From positions 42,478-106,477 of the forward strand of contig JACPIA010000004.1 in assembly GCA_016188295.1 (NCBI GenBank): 64,000 bases of DNA. The letters are read 5' to 3'. The notes below the pieces were generated by a model that saw only the letters and a list, made by a program, of their open reading frames with translations, was not told the origin of the DNA and did not search any database. Position 1 is the stretch's first letter; every line of letters starts with the position of its first letter. This document shows, one piece after another, positions 41,362 to 52,079 of this stretch. A program made the translations under genes and the position numbers. The stretch is from Candidatus Vogelbacteria bacterium. GTDB taxonomy: Bacteria > Patescibacteriota > Minisyncoccia > Phycocordibacterales > XYD1-FULL-46-19.

Positions 41362-44295
41362 ATGGAGCTTAATGAGGGGCAAAAGCAAGCGATTGAGGCC
41401 GTGGAGGGTCCGGTAATGGTGGTGGCAGGCCCGGGTACTGGCAAGACTCAAGTGCTTACTTTACGCATTGCCAATATTTTGCGAGTGACCGATACGGCAC
41501 CGGCTAATATTTTGGCCCTCACGTTTACTGAAGCGGCAACGGCTAATATGCGGAGCCGTTTGGCCGAGATTATTGGTAGTCGAGCTTATGCTGTAGTCAT
41601 TAACACCTTCCATGGTTTTTGTAATAGCATTATCCGCGAGTATCCAGAGCATTTTCCCCGGATTATTGGCTCGCGCCCAATTACCGAAGTTGATCAAGTT
41701 AGATTAGTCGAGCAATTAGTTGGTCAGTTGTCACTTAATTTACTTAAACCCTTTGGTGATCCGACTCTGTATGTCCGCTCGCTTGTGGCGGCGATAAATG
41801 ATTTAAAACGTGAGGGCGTGACGCCAGAAAAATTTGCTATTTTAGTAGGTGAGGCTAAAAACGAATTAAATTCTCGTGAGGATCGCCTCCACACCAAAGG
41901 GGCGTATAAAGGCAAAATTAAAGGAGAGGTGTTGAAAGCAGAAAAAGATTTAGCCAAAAATGAAGAGTTGGCTCAAGTGTATATTGCTTATCAAAACAAA
42001 CTAGCAATAGACAAAGTCTATGACTACAATGATATGATTATGGAGGTGCTCGCGGTATTACAAGATGACGAAATTCTAAGGCAGATTCTTCAAGAAGAGC
42101 ACCAATATATTTTAATCGACGAGCATCAAGATACCAATAATGCTCATAATAAAATTATTGAGCTGCTAGCCAGTTTTCACTCTGAGCCAAATTTGTTTGT
42201 GGTAGGCGATGAGAAACAGGCGATATTTCGTTTTCAAGGGGCGTCGCTCCAAAACTTTTTATATTTTAAAAAGTTATACCCTAATGCTTTATTGATCACT
42301 CTGACCGACAACTATCGTTCTCAACAAACCATTTTGGATGCCGCTCATAGTTTACTACCAGCAACAGTGGCCACTGGTGGGATAGAGGTTAGATTAGCGT
42401 CTAAAAGTGCTCACCTAGTAGCGCCCATTTTAGTCGCCGCTTTCAGTAAGCCCGAAGTCGAGCAATTTGCTATTGCTAGTTTAATTAAAATTCAAATTGA
42501 AGCTGGTACACCAGCGGAAGAGATTGCTGTACTTTATCGCGATAATAAAGACGCCTTCCTTATCGCTCGGGCTTTAGCACGGATAGGGATTAATTATATT
42601 ATTGAGTCCGATCAGGATTTATTTACTCAAAGTGACGTGCGACGTTTACTCATTATTTTAGAGGCGGTGCATCGTTTTGGTGATGATGAACCTTTAGCTA
42701 AATTATTGCATTTAGATTTGTTTAAGTTAGATCCGTTGTTGGTTTACCAAGTAATCCGTCGGGCCGCTCAGACGCGACAACCACTGTACCGATTAATTAA
42801 AACCGATCCCGATTTTAAAGCGATTTACGCTAAATTGGCTAATTGGCGGAAGTTGGCGACCAATGAGAATTTGTTGACTCTGTTTGAACAAATTATCTGG
42901 GACTCTGGCTTATTAAATCAAATACTAACCGCGTCAAACGCGACGGAGCGTTTTGAGTCAATCAGTCGTCTAGTGGTTGAAGTGGGTGTATTACTCGAGA
43001 GTCACCCAGAAGCTACCTTAGCCGACTGGTTTAATTATTTAGCCACAGTCCAAACTCATGGCTTGTTAATTAAGCATTCTCGGGCGGGTGGCATGCCGGG
43101 CAAAGTTCGGCTAATGACCACCCACCGGGCCAAAGGTTTGGAGTTTGATCAAGTCTACATTATGGGAGCTTACGACGGCCACTTTGGCGGCAAAAAAATG
43201 CGCGAGCTAATTAAATTATTGCCCACTGTTTATGGTGCTAAGGCTGGCGATGAAGCGGATAGTAATAGTGATGAGCGGAGATTATTTTATGTGGCATTGA
43301 CGCGAGCACGTAAGGGGGTAATGGTAAGTTTTGCTAAAGAGAGTGTTTCGGGTAAAGAGCAATTACCTTCGCTCTTTTTAACTGAGATTGGGGAGGAGTT
43401 TAAACAAGATTTTGATACCACCGCTCTGGAGGCTAAATTTGAACAGCAAAAAACCGAGTTTATGGTTCCTGTTCAAGTCAAAAATGAGCCTGGCCCCGAT
43501 CGGGATTTTATCCAAACTATTTTTACCGAACAAGGCTTGTCCGTTTCCGCACTTAATAATTATTTAACTTGTCCGTGGCGCTACTTTTATCGTAATTTGA
43601 TCCGCTTGCCCGAGGCTAAAGCGGCCAGTGCTTTGTACGGTACCGCAGTACACAATGCTTTAGCCGATTTATTTAGACGCTTGCGTAGTGAGCCAGTGAC
43701 TAAAGAGGAATTACTTGCTGGTTTGGAATATCATTTGCGACGCCAACCCCTTACCAAGCAGGCCTTTGATCAAGCACTGGCTAAAGGTAAAAAAGCGCTG
43801 GTTGGTTGGTATGATAAGTATGCAGTTGATTGGAACGGCAGAAATTTTTTAACTGAATTTGATATCAAGGGTGTGTTATTAACACCGGAAATTAAGTTAA
43901 ACGGCAAGATTGATAAATTGGAATTTACGGGTAGTGGCAATCAAGTATTAGTGACTGATTACAAAACGCGCCAACCATTAACGTCACGCGAGATCAAGGG
44001 AGAAACAATCGATGACGATGGTAGCTATTTCCGCCAACTTGTTTTTTATAAATTACTGCTTGATCGTTATGACAATGGCAAATATCAGATGGTGATGGGG
44101 GAGATTGATTTTATCGAGCCTAATTCTAAAGGTGATTACAAAAAAGAGCAGTTTGAGATTTCTGATCTAGATAATAAAGAATTAGTCGAGACGATTAAGT
44201 GTGTAGCAAGTGAAATTACGACCCTCGCTTTTTGGTCTAAGCGTTGTGAAGACAAAGATTGCCAATATTGCGCTCTCCGTAATCTAATTAGTTAA
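41362..44295 (+). CDS. UvrD/PcrA-family helicase fused to C-terminal RecB/Cas4-type PD-(D/E)XK nuclease with Fe-S cysteine cluster (AddA/AdnB-like single-chain helicase-nuclease)
   Basis: motif I VVAGPGTGKT, motif II ILIDEHQDTN, motif VI TTHRAKGLEFD; nuclease GKIDKLEF...VLVTDYKT, QLVFYKLL; Cys pattern CPWRY...CEDKDCQYC. Confidence 0.8.
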   Translation: MELNEGQKQAIEAVEGPVMVVAGPGTGKTQVLTLRIANILRVTDTAPANILALTFTEAATANMRSRLAEIIGSRAYAVVINTFHGFCNSIIREYPEHFPRIIGSRPITEVDQVRLVEQLVGQLSLNLLKPFGDPTLYVRSLVAAINDLKREGVTPEKFAILVGEAKNELNSREDRLHTKGAYKGKIKGEVLKAEKDLAKNEELAQVYIAYQNKLAIDKVYDYNDMIMEVLAVLQDDEILRQILQEEHQYILIDEHQDTNNAHNKIIELLASFHSEPNLFVVGDEKQAIFRFQGASLQNFLYFKKLYPNALLITLTDNYRSQQTILDAAHSLLPATVATGGIEVRLASKSAHLVAPILVAAFSKPEVEQFAIASLIKIQIEAGTPAEEIAVLYRDNKDAFLIARALARIGINYIIESDQDLFTQSDVRRLLIILEAVHRFGDDEPLAKLLHLDLFKLDPLLVYQVIRRAAQTRQPLYRLIKTDPDFKAIYAKLANWRKLATNENLLTLFEQIIWDSGLLNQILTASNATERFESISRLVVEVGVLLESHPEATLADWFNYLATVQTHGLLIKHSRAGGMPGKVRLMTTHRAKGLEFDQVYIMGAYDGHFGGKKMRELIKLLPTVYGAKAGDEADSNSDERRLFYVALTRARKGVMVSFAKESVSGKEQLPSLFLTEIGEEFKQDFDTTALEAKFEQQKTEFMVPVQVKNEPGPDRDFIQTIFTEQGLSVSALNNYLTCPWRYFYRNLIRLPEAKAASALYGTAVHNALADLFRRLRSEPVTKEELLAGLEYHLRRQPLTKQAFDQALAKGKKALVGWYDKYAVDWNGRNFLTEFDIKGVLLTPEIKLNGKIDKLEFTGSGNQVLVTDYKTRQPLTSREIKGETIDDDGSYFRQLVFYKLLLDRYDNGKYQMVMGEIDFIEPNSKGDYKKEQFEISDLDNKELVETIKCVASEITTLAFWSKRCEDKDCQYCALRNLIS

Positions 44296-44316
44296 TGTCA
44301 AGGCAACGCCTTGACA
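44296..44316 (+). terminator. palindrome TGTCAAGGC-AAC-GCCTTGACA after helicase gene
   Basis: 9-bp stem read directly; similar palindrome recurs at 56381-56403. Confidence 0.4.
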
Positions 44317-44394
44317 TCTCAAGGCTTAACCCCGAAGAAAAGGTGTAAAATAAGGGTTATTTGATACAGAGGACCGTCCTCTGTGGTAAAAGCT

Positions 44395-44422
44395 TGACAA
44401 ATTACGGGGGTTTGCTATACTG
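44395..44422 (+). promoter_or_regulatory. strong sigma70-like promoter TTGACA-16-TATACT
   Basis: consensus hexamers read directly; preceded by hairpin ACAGAGGA-ccg-TCCTCTGT. Confidence 0.55.
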
Positions 44423-44428
44423 GAAATA

Positions 44429-44658
44429 GGGTGGATGAAGTCTGTATGCTTATATGATCCCGGCTAGCGGATAGACATTCACCCTTCACCTCTTTCACCT
44501 CGGTAGCACCTTGGTGATTAACGAAGAATAAACACTGAATATAGGGATCGACAGTGGTTGTGTGTCGGACGGTTTTAGTCATTATTATGGACTAAAAACT
44601 GTTGGCGGGCAGCAACCCGAATTCCCCCTGCGAAGGCGCACTGCGGGGGGAATTTTTT
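44429..44658 (+). ncRNA. candidate about 230-nt structured non-coding RNA (possibly divergent large-type SRP RNA)
   Basis: bounded by consensus promoter and strong terminator (GAATTCCCCC...GGGGGGAATT + TTTTT); no ORF longer than 10 codons; 9-bp helix GGGTGGATG/CATTCACCC; segments resembling B. subtilis scRNA (TCCCGGCTAGCGGATAG vs UCCCGACCGGCGGUAG; GATCGACAGTGG vs AAUCGACAGAAGG) recalled from memory. Confidence 0.4.
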
Positions 44659-45832
44659 ATTTAGTATCTTGTAAGCGATAAGTGGGGATGAGGCCGATAA
44701 ACATCAATAGGCCAAGAGCGTAAAAGATATGGGAGAGAAGAAAGTAAACTAAAAAAGTACTGACAGCGAGTGGGGCAATAATATAAGAGAGTGGGATGGC
44801 ATCACGAGAGAGGCTGACAATTGAGGTGTCATTGCTATCGATTTTTTTAAATAGATAGATCTCCTTCATTGCTTCAATAGCACTCGCACCGACACGAGTC
44901 ATAAATAATAAAGCACTCCAGATGACCAATGATTTAGTCGCCACTAAGGGAATAAATAAAGTACTTAAACCGGCAATAACTAGACCGGTGGCTAAAATTT
45001 CTTTTTCTCCTATCCAGCGGTCGGCTAGACGGCCAAGTGGATACTCAAATAAAACAAACGGCAATAGCATGATAGTAAAGACCACCCCAAGTTCCGACCA
45101 AGAGAGACCGATGGTTTGGATTAAATAAAGTGGTGAATAAATTACCATTACGGCATAAAAAAAATTGAGCAATAAATCAATAACTAAAATTCGGCGCAAA
45201 TTACTGGTTTTGATATCCGTCCGAGTCAGTAAACCAATTATCACACTTAATTGAGAGCGACCTAAATACTTAGGTTTAGCCTCGGCACGGGAAAGGTAAT
45301 GGCCGGCCACGTATAGGAGTGGCACTAACATCAATGCGGCTAAAAAATAAAGGCTACTAAAACCCCAAGCAGTAATCATTACTCCAGCCACTAATGGTGA
45401 GAGTAACCAAGCAACATTAATAATGGTTAAAAACAATCCCCTAATTTCACCGGTTCGCTCATCGGTTGAGAGATGCTCAAGATATAAGTCCAAGGTAAAG
45501 CGGAGTACAAACATCGCTGCATAATAAAAACCAAATAAGCCCAAGGCCCACCATTTAATACTCGGCGCGGACGAGAGTAAAACCAATGAGAGTAAGGTCA
45601 AGCTGGCTACTCCGGTGGTGATAGCAATATTACCAAACCATTTAATTAGCGTGGGAGTGATGGCTAAGGCAATGATAGCGGTGATTGAGGCTAGAGTGTA
45701 AACGAGGCCAACTTTCTGGTCAGAGACGACTGTGGCCAAAAATGAAGAGTTGACGTAGGCTGGCAAAGCAGTCGCTACGGCGACGGCAAATCCAGCGACG
45801 TAAGTAAATAAACGAACACGGGCAACAGGCAT
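44657..45832 (-). CDS. MFS-family transporter
   Basis: 391 aa, about 12 TM helices. Confidence 0.7.
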   Translation of the reverse strand: MPVARVRLFTYVAGFAVAVATALPAYVNSSFLATVVSDQKVGLVYTLASITAIIALAITPTLIKWFGNIAITTGVASLTLLSLVLLSSAPSIKWWALGLFGFYYAAMFVLRFTLDLYLEHLSTDERTGEIRGLFLTIINVAWLLSPLVAGVMITAWGFSSLYFLAALMLVPLLYVAGHYLSRAEAKPKYLGRSQLSVIIGLLTRTDIKTSNLRRILVIDLLLNFFYAVMVIYSPLYLIQTIGLSWSELGVVFTIMLLPFVLFEYPLGRLADRWIGEKEILATGLVIAGLSTLFIPLVATKSLVIWSALLFMTRVGASAIEAMKEIYLFKKIDSNDTSIVSLSRDAIPLSYIIAPLAVSTFLVYFLLSHIFYALGLLMFIGLIPTYRLQDTK

Positions 45833-45841
45833 TGTTTATTA

Positions 45842-47692
45842 TTATACCTCAATCAGTACTGGTAAGATAATTGGTCGTTTGTGAGTTTTTTGGAAGAGAT
45901 ATTTACCGACGTCCTCACGGATCGCATTTTTAACATAGTCAAAGTTAATTGGATTCATCTGGCGTGTGGAGTCCTCGATTACTTTTTTAATTTGACTGCG
46001 CACTTGACGGAGTAAGTCTTGTGACTCTTTTAAGTAAATAAAGCCGCGGGATATAATGTCGGGCGACTTGCGCACTTGGCCGGTTTTTAAATCTACCATC
46101 GCAATAATTACAAACATACCGTCTTGAGCCAGCGCTTGGCGATCACGAATGACCACTTCTTGGACATTACCAGCCCCTAAACCATCAACCATCACCACTT
46201 TACTAGAAACGGTTTCTTTGTGGGCAAAAATCCGTCCGCCTTGATCGGCAATCTCAATTACCATCCCATTATCTGGGACAATGGCATTTTTTTCTTCTAC
46301 TCCCAAACGTACCGCCATATCGGCATGGACCCGGAGCATTGAATGATGGCCGTGGACCGGAATAAAAAACTTAGGTTTTAACATTTTATGGATCCACTCC
46401 AACTCACCTTGGTAAGAGTGTCCCGAGGAATGGACATCAGCAATACCATAGTGAATGATTTTGGCACCTTGGCGGGAAAGATTGTCTTTTAATTTCTGCA
46501 CACTCTTTTCATTCCCGGGGATCACTGATGAGGAAAGTAAAATAGTATCTCCTTTTTTTAATTTAACGTGCTTATGCTCTTTAGTGGACATTCGCATTAG
46601 GGCGGCAAACTCGTCTCCTTGAGCGCCGGTAGCTAAAATGACAATCTTATTTTCCGGATAATCGCCAATTTGCTCAGCGGGGATAATGGTCTCTTTGCGC
46701 ACTTTTAAAATACCGAGTTCTTTGGCGATCTCGACATTGTTGCGCATCGAGCGACCCTCTATTACTACCTTTTTGCCTAAATTCTCGGAGGCTTGGACCA
46801 TATACACAATTCGTTCAAACATTGAAGCAAAAGTACCGATCACAATTCGACCCGGGACATCGGCGATAATTTGACGCAAATTTTCTTGGACCTCACGCTC
46901 AGGGTAAGAGAAGCCGGGTTTTTCCACGTTGGTGGATTCAGCGACCAAAAGCAAAGTCTTTTCTTTACCTAATTTTTCAAATGTTTTAAATTCGCTTTCC
47001 ACCGGAATATTGTCTTTAGTATCAATCTTAATATCGCCGGTAAAAATCAAGTTGCCGTAAGGGGTATCGATAATAACTCCAAACGAATCGGGGATCGTAT
47101 GAGTAACGGTAAAAAAGCGGATTTTAAAGTGGCCTAGAGTAAGATGTTGGTGTGGCTCAATAGTTTGGATGTCCAGCGCCGGCAGCTGAGGAAACTCTTC
47201 TTGGCGTTTTTTAATCATTACCGCCGAAAGTAAAGTGGTGTAAAGCGGCGGATTGCCAATCTTAGGCATAATGTAGGGAATGCCACCAATGTGGTCCAAG
47301 TGAGCGTGAGTAATTATTACGCCTTTAATGCGATGCTTATTGGTTTCTAAATAAGTGGCATCCGGGATAATATAATCGACACCTGGTGTATCGTCATTAG
47401 GAAAGGTGAAACCCATATCGACTACTAAAATATCGCCTTCATATTCAACGGCAGTCATATTTTTGCCGACCTCCTCAACACCACCTAGAGGGATGATCCG
47501 GATATTACCGGACTCAAGTGCTGGTAAAGCTTTAGCGCTACCGGAGCGTGGCCGCAACGCTTGATTTGGTCGCGGAGGCATCCGTCGTGGCTGGCGTTTA
47601 CCTCCGCGACCACCGCCGATAGCGGGACGAGCGACGGAGTGCGGGCTGTGAGGTATTGGAGTGGTGGCAGCGGGAATTTGATCGGGAGTCAT
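45842..47692 (-). CDS. rnj: ribonuclease J (metallo-beta-lactamase/beta-CASP) with N-terminal R/G/P-rich extension
   Basis: HAHLDHIGG motif, beta-CASP and C-terminal domain. Confidence 0.9.
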   Translation of the reverse strand: MTPDQIPAATTPIPHSPHSVARPAIGGGRGGKRQPRRMPPRPNQALRPRSGSAKALPALESGNIRIIPLGGVEEVGKNMTAVEYEGDILVVDMGFTFPNDDTPGVDYIIPDATYLETNKHRIKGVIITHAHLDHIGGIPYIMPKIGNPPLYTTLLSAVMIKKRQEEFPQLPALDIQTIEPHQHLTLGHFKIRFFTVTHTIPDSFGVIIDTPYGNLIFTGDIKIDTKDNIPVESEFKTFEKLGKEKTLLLVAESTNVEKPGFSYPEREVQENLRQIIADVPGRIVIGTFASMFERIVYMVQASENLGKKVVIEGRSMRNNVEIAKELGILKVRKETIIPAEQIGDYPENKIVILATGAQGDEFAALMRMSTKEHKHVKLKKGDTILLSSSVIPGNEKSVQKLKDNLSRQGAKIIHYGIADVHSSGHSYQGELEWIHKMLKPKFFIPVHGHHSMLRVHADMAVRLGVEEKNAIVPDNGMVIEIADQGGRIFAHKETVSSKVVMVDGLGAGNVQEVVIRDRQALAQDGMFVIIAMVDLKTGQVRKSPDIISRGFIYLKESQDLLRQVRSQIKKVIEDSTRQMNPINFDYVKNAIREDVGKYLFQKTHKRPIILPVLIEV

Positions 47693-47700
47693 ATATTTTA

Positions 47701-49476
47701 TTATTTTATTATTTTATTATTTTTTGCTTGAAATATTTTCCAAACCAAGTCGGTATTGATATACCAACGGTAGATGTCGTTAAAGCGCTCATCGGGCCGT
47801 GTGAGTTTGTCTAAATTAACGCCTTGGATTTTTTCTGGTAAGACATAAATAAAGTAAGGAGCGTAAAGTAAGATTGCCGGAACGTCAGCCTTAATTAAAT
47901 TAGCCGCTTTGGTATAATTAACGTTACGACTCTCGGTACTTACCGCGGTTCGGCCATCCTCTAATAATTTATCGACATTAGAGTTGGTGTAGAGAGCAAT
48001 ATTAAGTCCGGGATCTAAACGTTGTGACGAGTGCCAAAAGGAGAAAGGGTCGGGATGACGGCCGACAATCTCACCGAATAATAAGGCATCATATTTACGC
48101 GGTCGAATACTGTTTTGATTTAGATCACCAATCTCAAAAATCTTAACTTCAACTTGGGCGCCAAATTTTTGCCACATTGACTGGAGTAATAAAGCAGTGG
48201 TTTTAAGATCGGTGACGTCCGAGGTGGTGATCGAGAAAGCCAGCGGCGTTCGGCCGGTTTTGGTGGTTTTAACCCAAATACCTTGGGTGTCTCGTTTCCA
48301 ACCCGTGCTGATTAGTAGCGACTCGGCACGAATAAGGTTGGTGGTCGTGGCTGTACTTGAGGCGTTAATGATTGTCAATGGATTGATCGGATTGATTACC
48401 GGCAAGCCAAAACCGCCTAGTACTTGGTCAATAATTTGCTGGCGATCAGTGACTAAATCTAAAGCTTGGCGTACTTCCTTGTTCGCTAAGACCGGCGCTT
48501 GGTTTTGATTAAAAAAGACACCAAACATCCGCGGTAAGGGAGTGGTGCGGACAGTAATATTTTTTTGCTTCAGTAATTTAATAATCTCCGGAGAGACGGC
48601 ATTTATCGCTGTGATTTCACCGTGATCAAAAGCGGTTAAAAGTGCCTGCTCATTTGGGTAAAAGTAAAGTCTAATTTGGCTGAGGTGCACTTGGCCCAGA
48701 GCAAAATGTTTAAAGGGCGAGAGCTCGTAAAAAATGGGGATACCCGAGCGATCACGCTTAATTGTTTTAATTTGATATGGTCCGGTACCGACTGGATTAG
48801 TATTTAAATCACTCGCGACAAATTGTTCGGTTGTAACCTCGCTCCATAAATGTTTTGGTACCAAACCCATAGTGGTATTTTCCAAAAAATTGGCAAACGG
48901 TTGTTTTAAAGCAAAACGGACGGTGTAAGCATCAACCGCCTCCACCTTAACTCCTTCCCATGAGGCGCGTTTGGTGCTCTTAATCATAGGATCTTGGGCT
49001 CGCTCGACGCTAAAGACAACATCGGCGGCAGTTACTGGTTCGCCGTCATGCCAGATCAAATTAGGCCGTAAAGTAAAGGTATAAGTTTTAGCATCGGTAG
49101 AAACAGTAAAAGATTCAGCTAGATCGGGAATGATTTCGTCACCTTGAGCTCGCATTAATCCCGAGTAGACTAAGGTGGCCAAGTCACGATCAGCGGTAGA
49201 GTTGGCTAGTAGTGGATTAATAAAGCGGGGTGAGCCGATCACTCCCTCATAAAGACTACCACCGGTCGTTGGGACTGCCACCATAAACTGGCGATTAAAA
49301 GTAGTTATTAGTCCAATTAGACCAATTATTCCCACCATTACTAAAATAGCCAACAATAATTTTTGTGTCCGTGGGTAAGTGTGAGGGGCGGTTATTAACG
49401 CCTCGTGTCCGGGGTAGTGCGCCAAATGTTTGATCGTGCCCCAGACACTCATTAGTAAAGAGGGTTTTAATTTCAC
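47701..49476 (-). CDS. ABC transporter substrate-binding protein, family 5 (oligopeptide/nickel-binding-like), N-terminal TM anchor
   Basis: 591 aa; SBP_bac_5-like architecture; N-terminal TM LLAILVMVGIIGLIGLI. Confidence 0.7.
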   Translation of the reverse strand: MKLKPSLLMSVWGTIKHLAHYPGHEALITAPHTYPRTQKLLLAILVMVGIIGLIGLITTFNRQFMVAVPTTGGSLYEGVIGSPRFINPLLANSTADRDLATLVYSGLMRAQGDEIIPDLAESFTVSTDAKTYTFTLRPNLIWHDGEPVTAADVVFSVERAQDPMIKSTKRASWEGVKVEAVDAYTVRFALKQPFANFLENTTMGLVPKHLWSEVTTEQFVASDLNTNPVGTGPYQIKTIKRDRSGIPIFYELSPFKHFALGQVHLSQIRLYFYPNEQALLTAFDHGEITAINAVSPEIIKLLKQKNITVRTTPLPRMFGVFFNQNQAPVLANKEVRQALDLVTDRQQIIDQVLGGFGLPVINPINPLTIINASSTATTTNLIRAESLLISTGWKRDTQGIWVKTTKTGRTPLAFSITTSDVTDLKTTALLLQSMWQKFGAQVEVKIFEIGDLNQNSIRPRKYDALLFGEIVGRHPDPFSFWHSSQRLDPGLNIALYTNSNVDKLLEDGRTAVSTESRNVNYTKAANLIKADVPAILLYAPYFIYVLPEKIQGVNLDKLTRPDERFNDIYRWYINTDLVWKIFQAKNNKIIK

Positions 49477-49505
49477 AACAAATTAGTGATTAATTTTTTA
49501 GAGAT

Positions 49506-49736
49506 TTAAATAAAAAGGGAGATGAGAGCTAAAACGACAAAAATAATCGCTAAACTGATGGTGCTATAAAAGAGGATTTTTTCCGAACCACGTTTAGTAT
49601 GGGTAATGCCACCGCCTTGGGATGAGCCAAAAGCACTACCTAAACCAGCCTCACTTTGTTGGAAGAGGATAGCGGCAACTAATAGGACCGAGACAGTAAC
49701 TTGGGCCCAAGGCAACAAGAGGCGGAGCAATTCCAT
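49506..49736 (-). CDS. secG: preprotein translocase subunit SecG
   Basis: 76 aa, two TM, LFQQSEAGLGSAFGSSQ resembles SecG LLQQGKGADMGASFG. Confidence 0.7.
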   Translation of the reverse strand: MELLRLLLPWAQVTVSVLLVAAILFQQSEAGLGSAFGSSQGGGITHTKRGSEKILFYSTISLAIIFVVLALISLFI

Positions 49737-49827
49737 GCGTTACCTATTGTACCAAATATCAATCGAGATGCAAGTTTTGTGACCGCCCTTTACTTTTTTA
49801 AGGTGTCGAGTATACTAGACCGGATAT

Positions 49828-50490
49828 ATGGAGACATTAACCGCTGAGGTTCGTACTATTTTTGGTAAACAATTAGCCCCTTATCGCCAGGTGGGCAAAT
49901 TACCCGTGGTCGCTTATGGTGGCAAAAGTGAAGCTAAACCACTTTTCCTTTCAATTAAAGAATTTAAAAAAGTATTTGCCAATGCTGGTGAGTCTTCGAT
50001 TGTTTCGGTAGCTATGCCCGAGGGTATCAAAGAAGTGCTCATTCACGGTGTCGATTTTCATCCAGTTACTGGTGAGCCGATCCATGCTGATTTATTACTC
50101 GTGGATATGAATAAGCCAATTAGGGTTAGTGTTCCGCTCGAGTTTACCGGCGAATCGCCAGCGGTTAAAGACTTGGGTGGCGCTCTCATTAAAGTACTGC
50201 ACGAAATTGAGATTGAGGCTTTGCCTAAAAATTTACCTCATAATTTAATTATAGATATTTCCAGTTTGGTTGCGCTCGACAGTCAGATTTTAGTCAAAGA
50301 AGTAGTGTTACCAGCGGGTGTCACTTTAATCTCGGAGCTGGAGGGGGTGGTCGCTTCGATCACTACTGCCGGTGAGGAGATCAAGGAGGAAGAAGAGCCG
50401 GTTGACCTCTCGGCGATTGAAGTGGAGCAAAAAGGTAAAAAGGATGAGGAAGAAATTGGTATTCCTGATGCCATTCCTACTGCTGAATAA
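49828..50490 (+). CDS. rplY: 50S ribosomal protein L25 / general stress protein Ctc
   Basis: METLTAEVRTIFGKQ...VAYGG..., bL25 N-domain plus C-terminal acidic extension. Confidence 0.85.
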   Translation: METLTAEVRTIFGKQLAPYRQVGKLPVVAYGGKSEAKPLFLSIKEFKKVFANAGESSIVSVAMPEGIKEVLIHGVDFHPVTGEPIHADLLLVDMNKPIRVSVPLEFTGESPAVKDLGGALIKVLHEIEIEALPKNLPHNLIIDISSLVALDSQILVKEVVLPAGVTLISELEGVVASITTAGEEIKEEEEPVDLSAIEVEQKGKKDEEEIGIPDAIPTAE

Positions 50491-50514
50491 CTTAAATTGA
50501 TCTGATATAATAAG

Positions 50515-51840
50515 TTGATGGGCAAAAACCATTGGCTTTTAGTTTTGATATTCAGTTTGGCGATCTGGCCCACTTTAGTAGTGGTGGCGCAAACTAATGA
50601 ACAAAAAGTGGCTCAACAAGCAAAATTAGAGGCTGAGCTAAGAAAGGTCGAGGCCGAAATTGCGGCGCAAACTAAATTATTACAGGCTAAACAAAAAGAA
50701 ACCGCCTCGATTACTCGCGATGTTTCTATTTTAACTTTTCAAATTAATACCGCTAAATTAAATATCCAAGCCAAACAATTGGAAATTAAACGTTTAGGTA
50801 CTGATATTGGTAAGAAAACCCAAGTAATTGGGACACTGATCTCTAAAATCGATCAAGGAGAAGAGTCTTTGTCTGAGTTGCTGCGTAATTATCGCCAACT
50901 TGATGATATTTCACTGGTAGAGGTGGCACTAGCTGATAATTCAGTCTCCAATTTGTTTGGTGATTTTAATACCTTTGATTCAATTCAAGCGTCGCTACAT
51001 CAATCCTTCAGCTATATTCGTGACACTAAGAGCGAGACCGAAAAACAAAAAAGTACTTTAGAGAGTCGTCAAGCGGCCGAGATCAATGCACGTCAGATAA
51101 TTGAAAATGAAAAAGTCAAAATCGAGCGCGCCGAAAAGGAAAAGAAAGCCCTCTTGGCTATTAGTAAAGGGCAGGAAAGCCAATATCGTGACATTTTGGC
51201 TTACAAACAAAAACAAAAAGAAGATATTCGTAATGCTCTATTCCGTCTTCGAGGGGTCTCGACCAGTATTTCTTTTGGTCAGGCTCTTGATTATGCTACT
51301 GCAGCTTCACAAAAGACTGGCGTTCGCCCAGCTTTGATTTTGGCGATCTTAACTCAAGAAACTAACTTGGGGCAAAATATTGGTACTTGTAATCGCCCCG
51401 GCGATCCACCTGAGAAGCATTACACGCAAATTATGAAGCCGACTCGTGATCTCGCCCCTTATTTAGAAATTACCAAATCTTTGGGTCTTAATCCGGAGAT
51501 CCAACCACTTTCTTGTCCATATGGTAACGGTTATGGTGGCGCCATGGGTCCGTCACAATTTATTCCCTCAACCTGGGTGCTTTATCGGGATCGGGTAGCG
51601 GCGATTACTGGCAACCGGCCGGCTAATCCTTGGGTGCCACGAGACGCCTTTACCGCCACCTCTTTGTTGATGTCTGATTTAGGGGCGGCTAGTGGTGATT
51701 ATGCCTCTGAGCGCCGAGCGGCGCTGAAGTACTATGCGGGTGGTAATTGGCAAAACCCAGCCAATGCTTTTTATGGTAATTCAGTAATGAGTTTTGCCAC
51801 TACTTATCAGTCACAAATCGATATCTTGCAAGCTAAGTAA
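50515..51840 (+). CDS. secreted coiled-coil protein with C-terminal MltB-like lytic transglycosylase domain
   Basis: signal peptide; long coiled coil; [15 protein letters not shown] and [13 protein letters not shown] (MltB GPMQFMP.TW-like) motifs. Confidence 0.7.
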   Translation: MMGKNHWLLVLIFSLAIWPTLVVVAQTNEQKVAQQAKLEAELRKVEAEIAAQTKLLQAKQKETASITRDVSILTFQINTAKLNIQAKQLEIKRLGTDIGKKTQVIGTLISKIDQGEESLSELLRNYRQLDDISLVEVALADNSVSNLFGDFNTFDSIQASLHQSFSYIRDTKSETEKQKSTLESRQAAEINARQIIENEKVKIERAEKEKKALLAISKGQESQYRDILAYKQKQKEDIRNALFRLRGVSTSISFGQALDYATAASQKTGVRPALILAILTQETNLGQNIGTCNRPGDPPEKHYTQIMKPTRDLAPYLEITKSLGLNPEIQPLSCPYGNGYGGAMGPSQFIPSTWVLYRDRVAAITGNRPANPWVPRDAFTATSLLMSDLGAASGDYASERRAALKYYAGGNWQNPANAFYGNSVMSFATTYQSQIDILQAK

Positions 51841-51863
51841 TTCTCTGGTACTATAGCCACATT

Positions 51864-52073
51864 ATGAAAGCGGACATTCATCCCGTTTATCATGCCGAGG
51901 CCAAAGTAATCTGCGCTTGCGGTAATAAGTTTAGCATTGGCTCCACTAAAGAAAAGATCGAGGTGGAGATTTGCAGTGCTTGTCACCCGTTTTTTACCGG
52001 TTTAGATAAGGTAATGGATACTGCCGGCCGAGTAGAGAAGTTTAAAGGCCGAGCCGCTAAAAAGAAAAAGTAA
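51864..52073 (+). CDS. rpmE: 50S ribosomal protein L31
   Basis: [10 protein letters not shown]..., CxxC...CxxC zinc ribbon. Confidence 0.9.
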   Translation: MKADIHPVYHAEAKVICACGNKFSIGSTKEKIEVEICSACHPFFTGLDKVMDTAGRVEKFKGRAAKKKK

Positions 52074-52079
52074 CTCTAT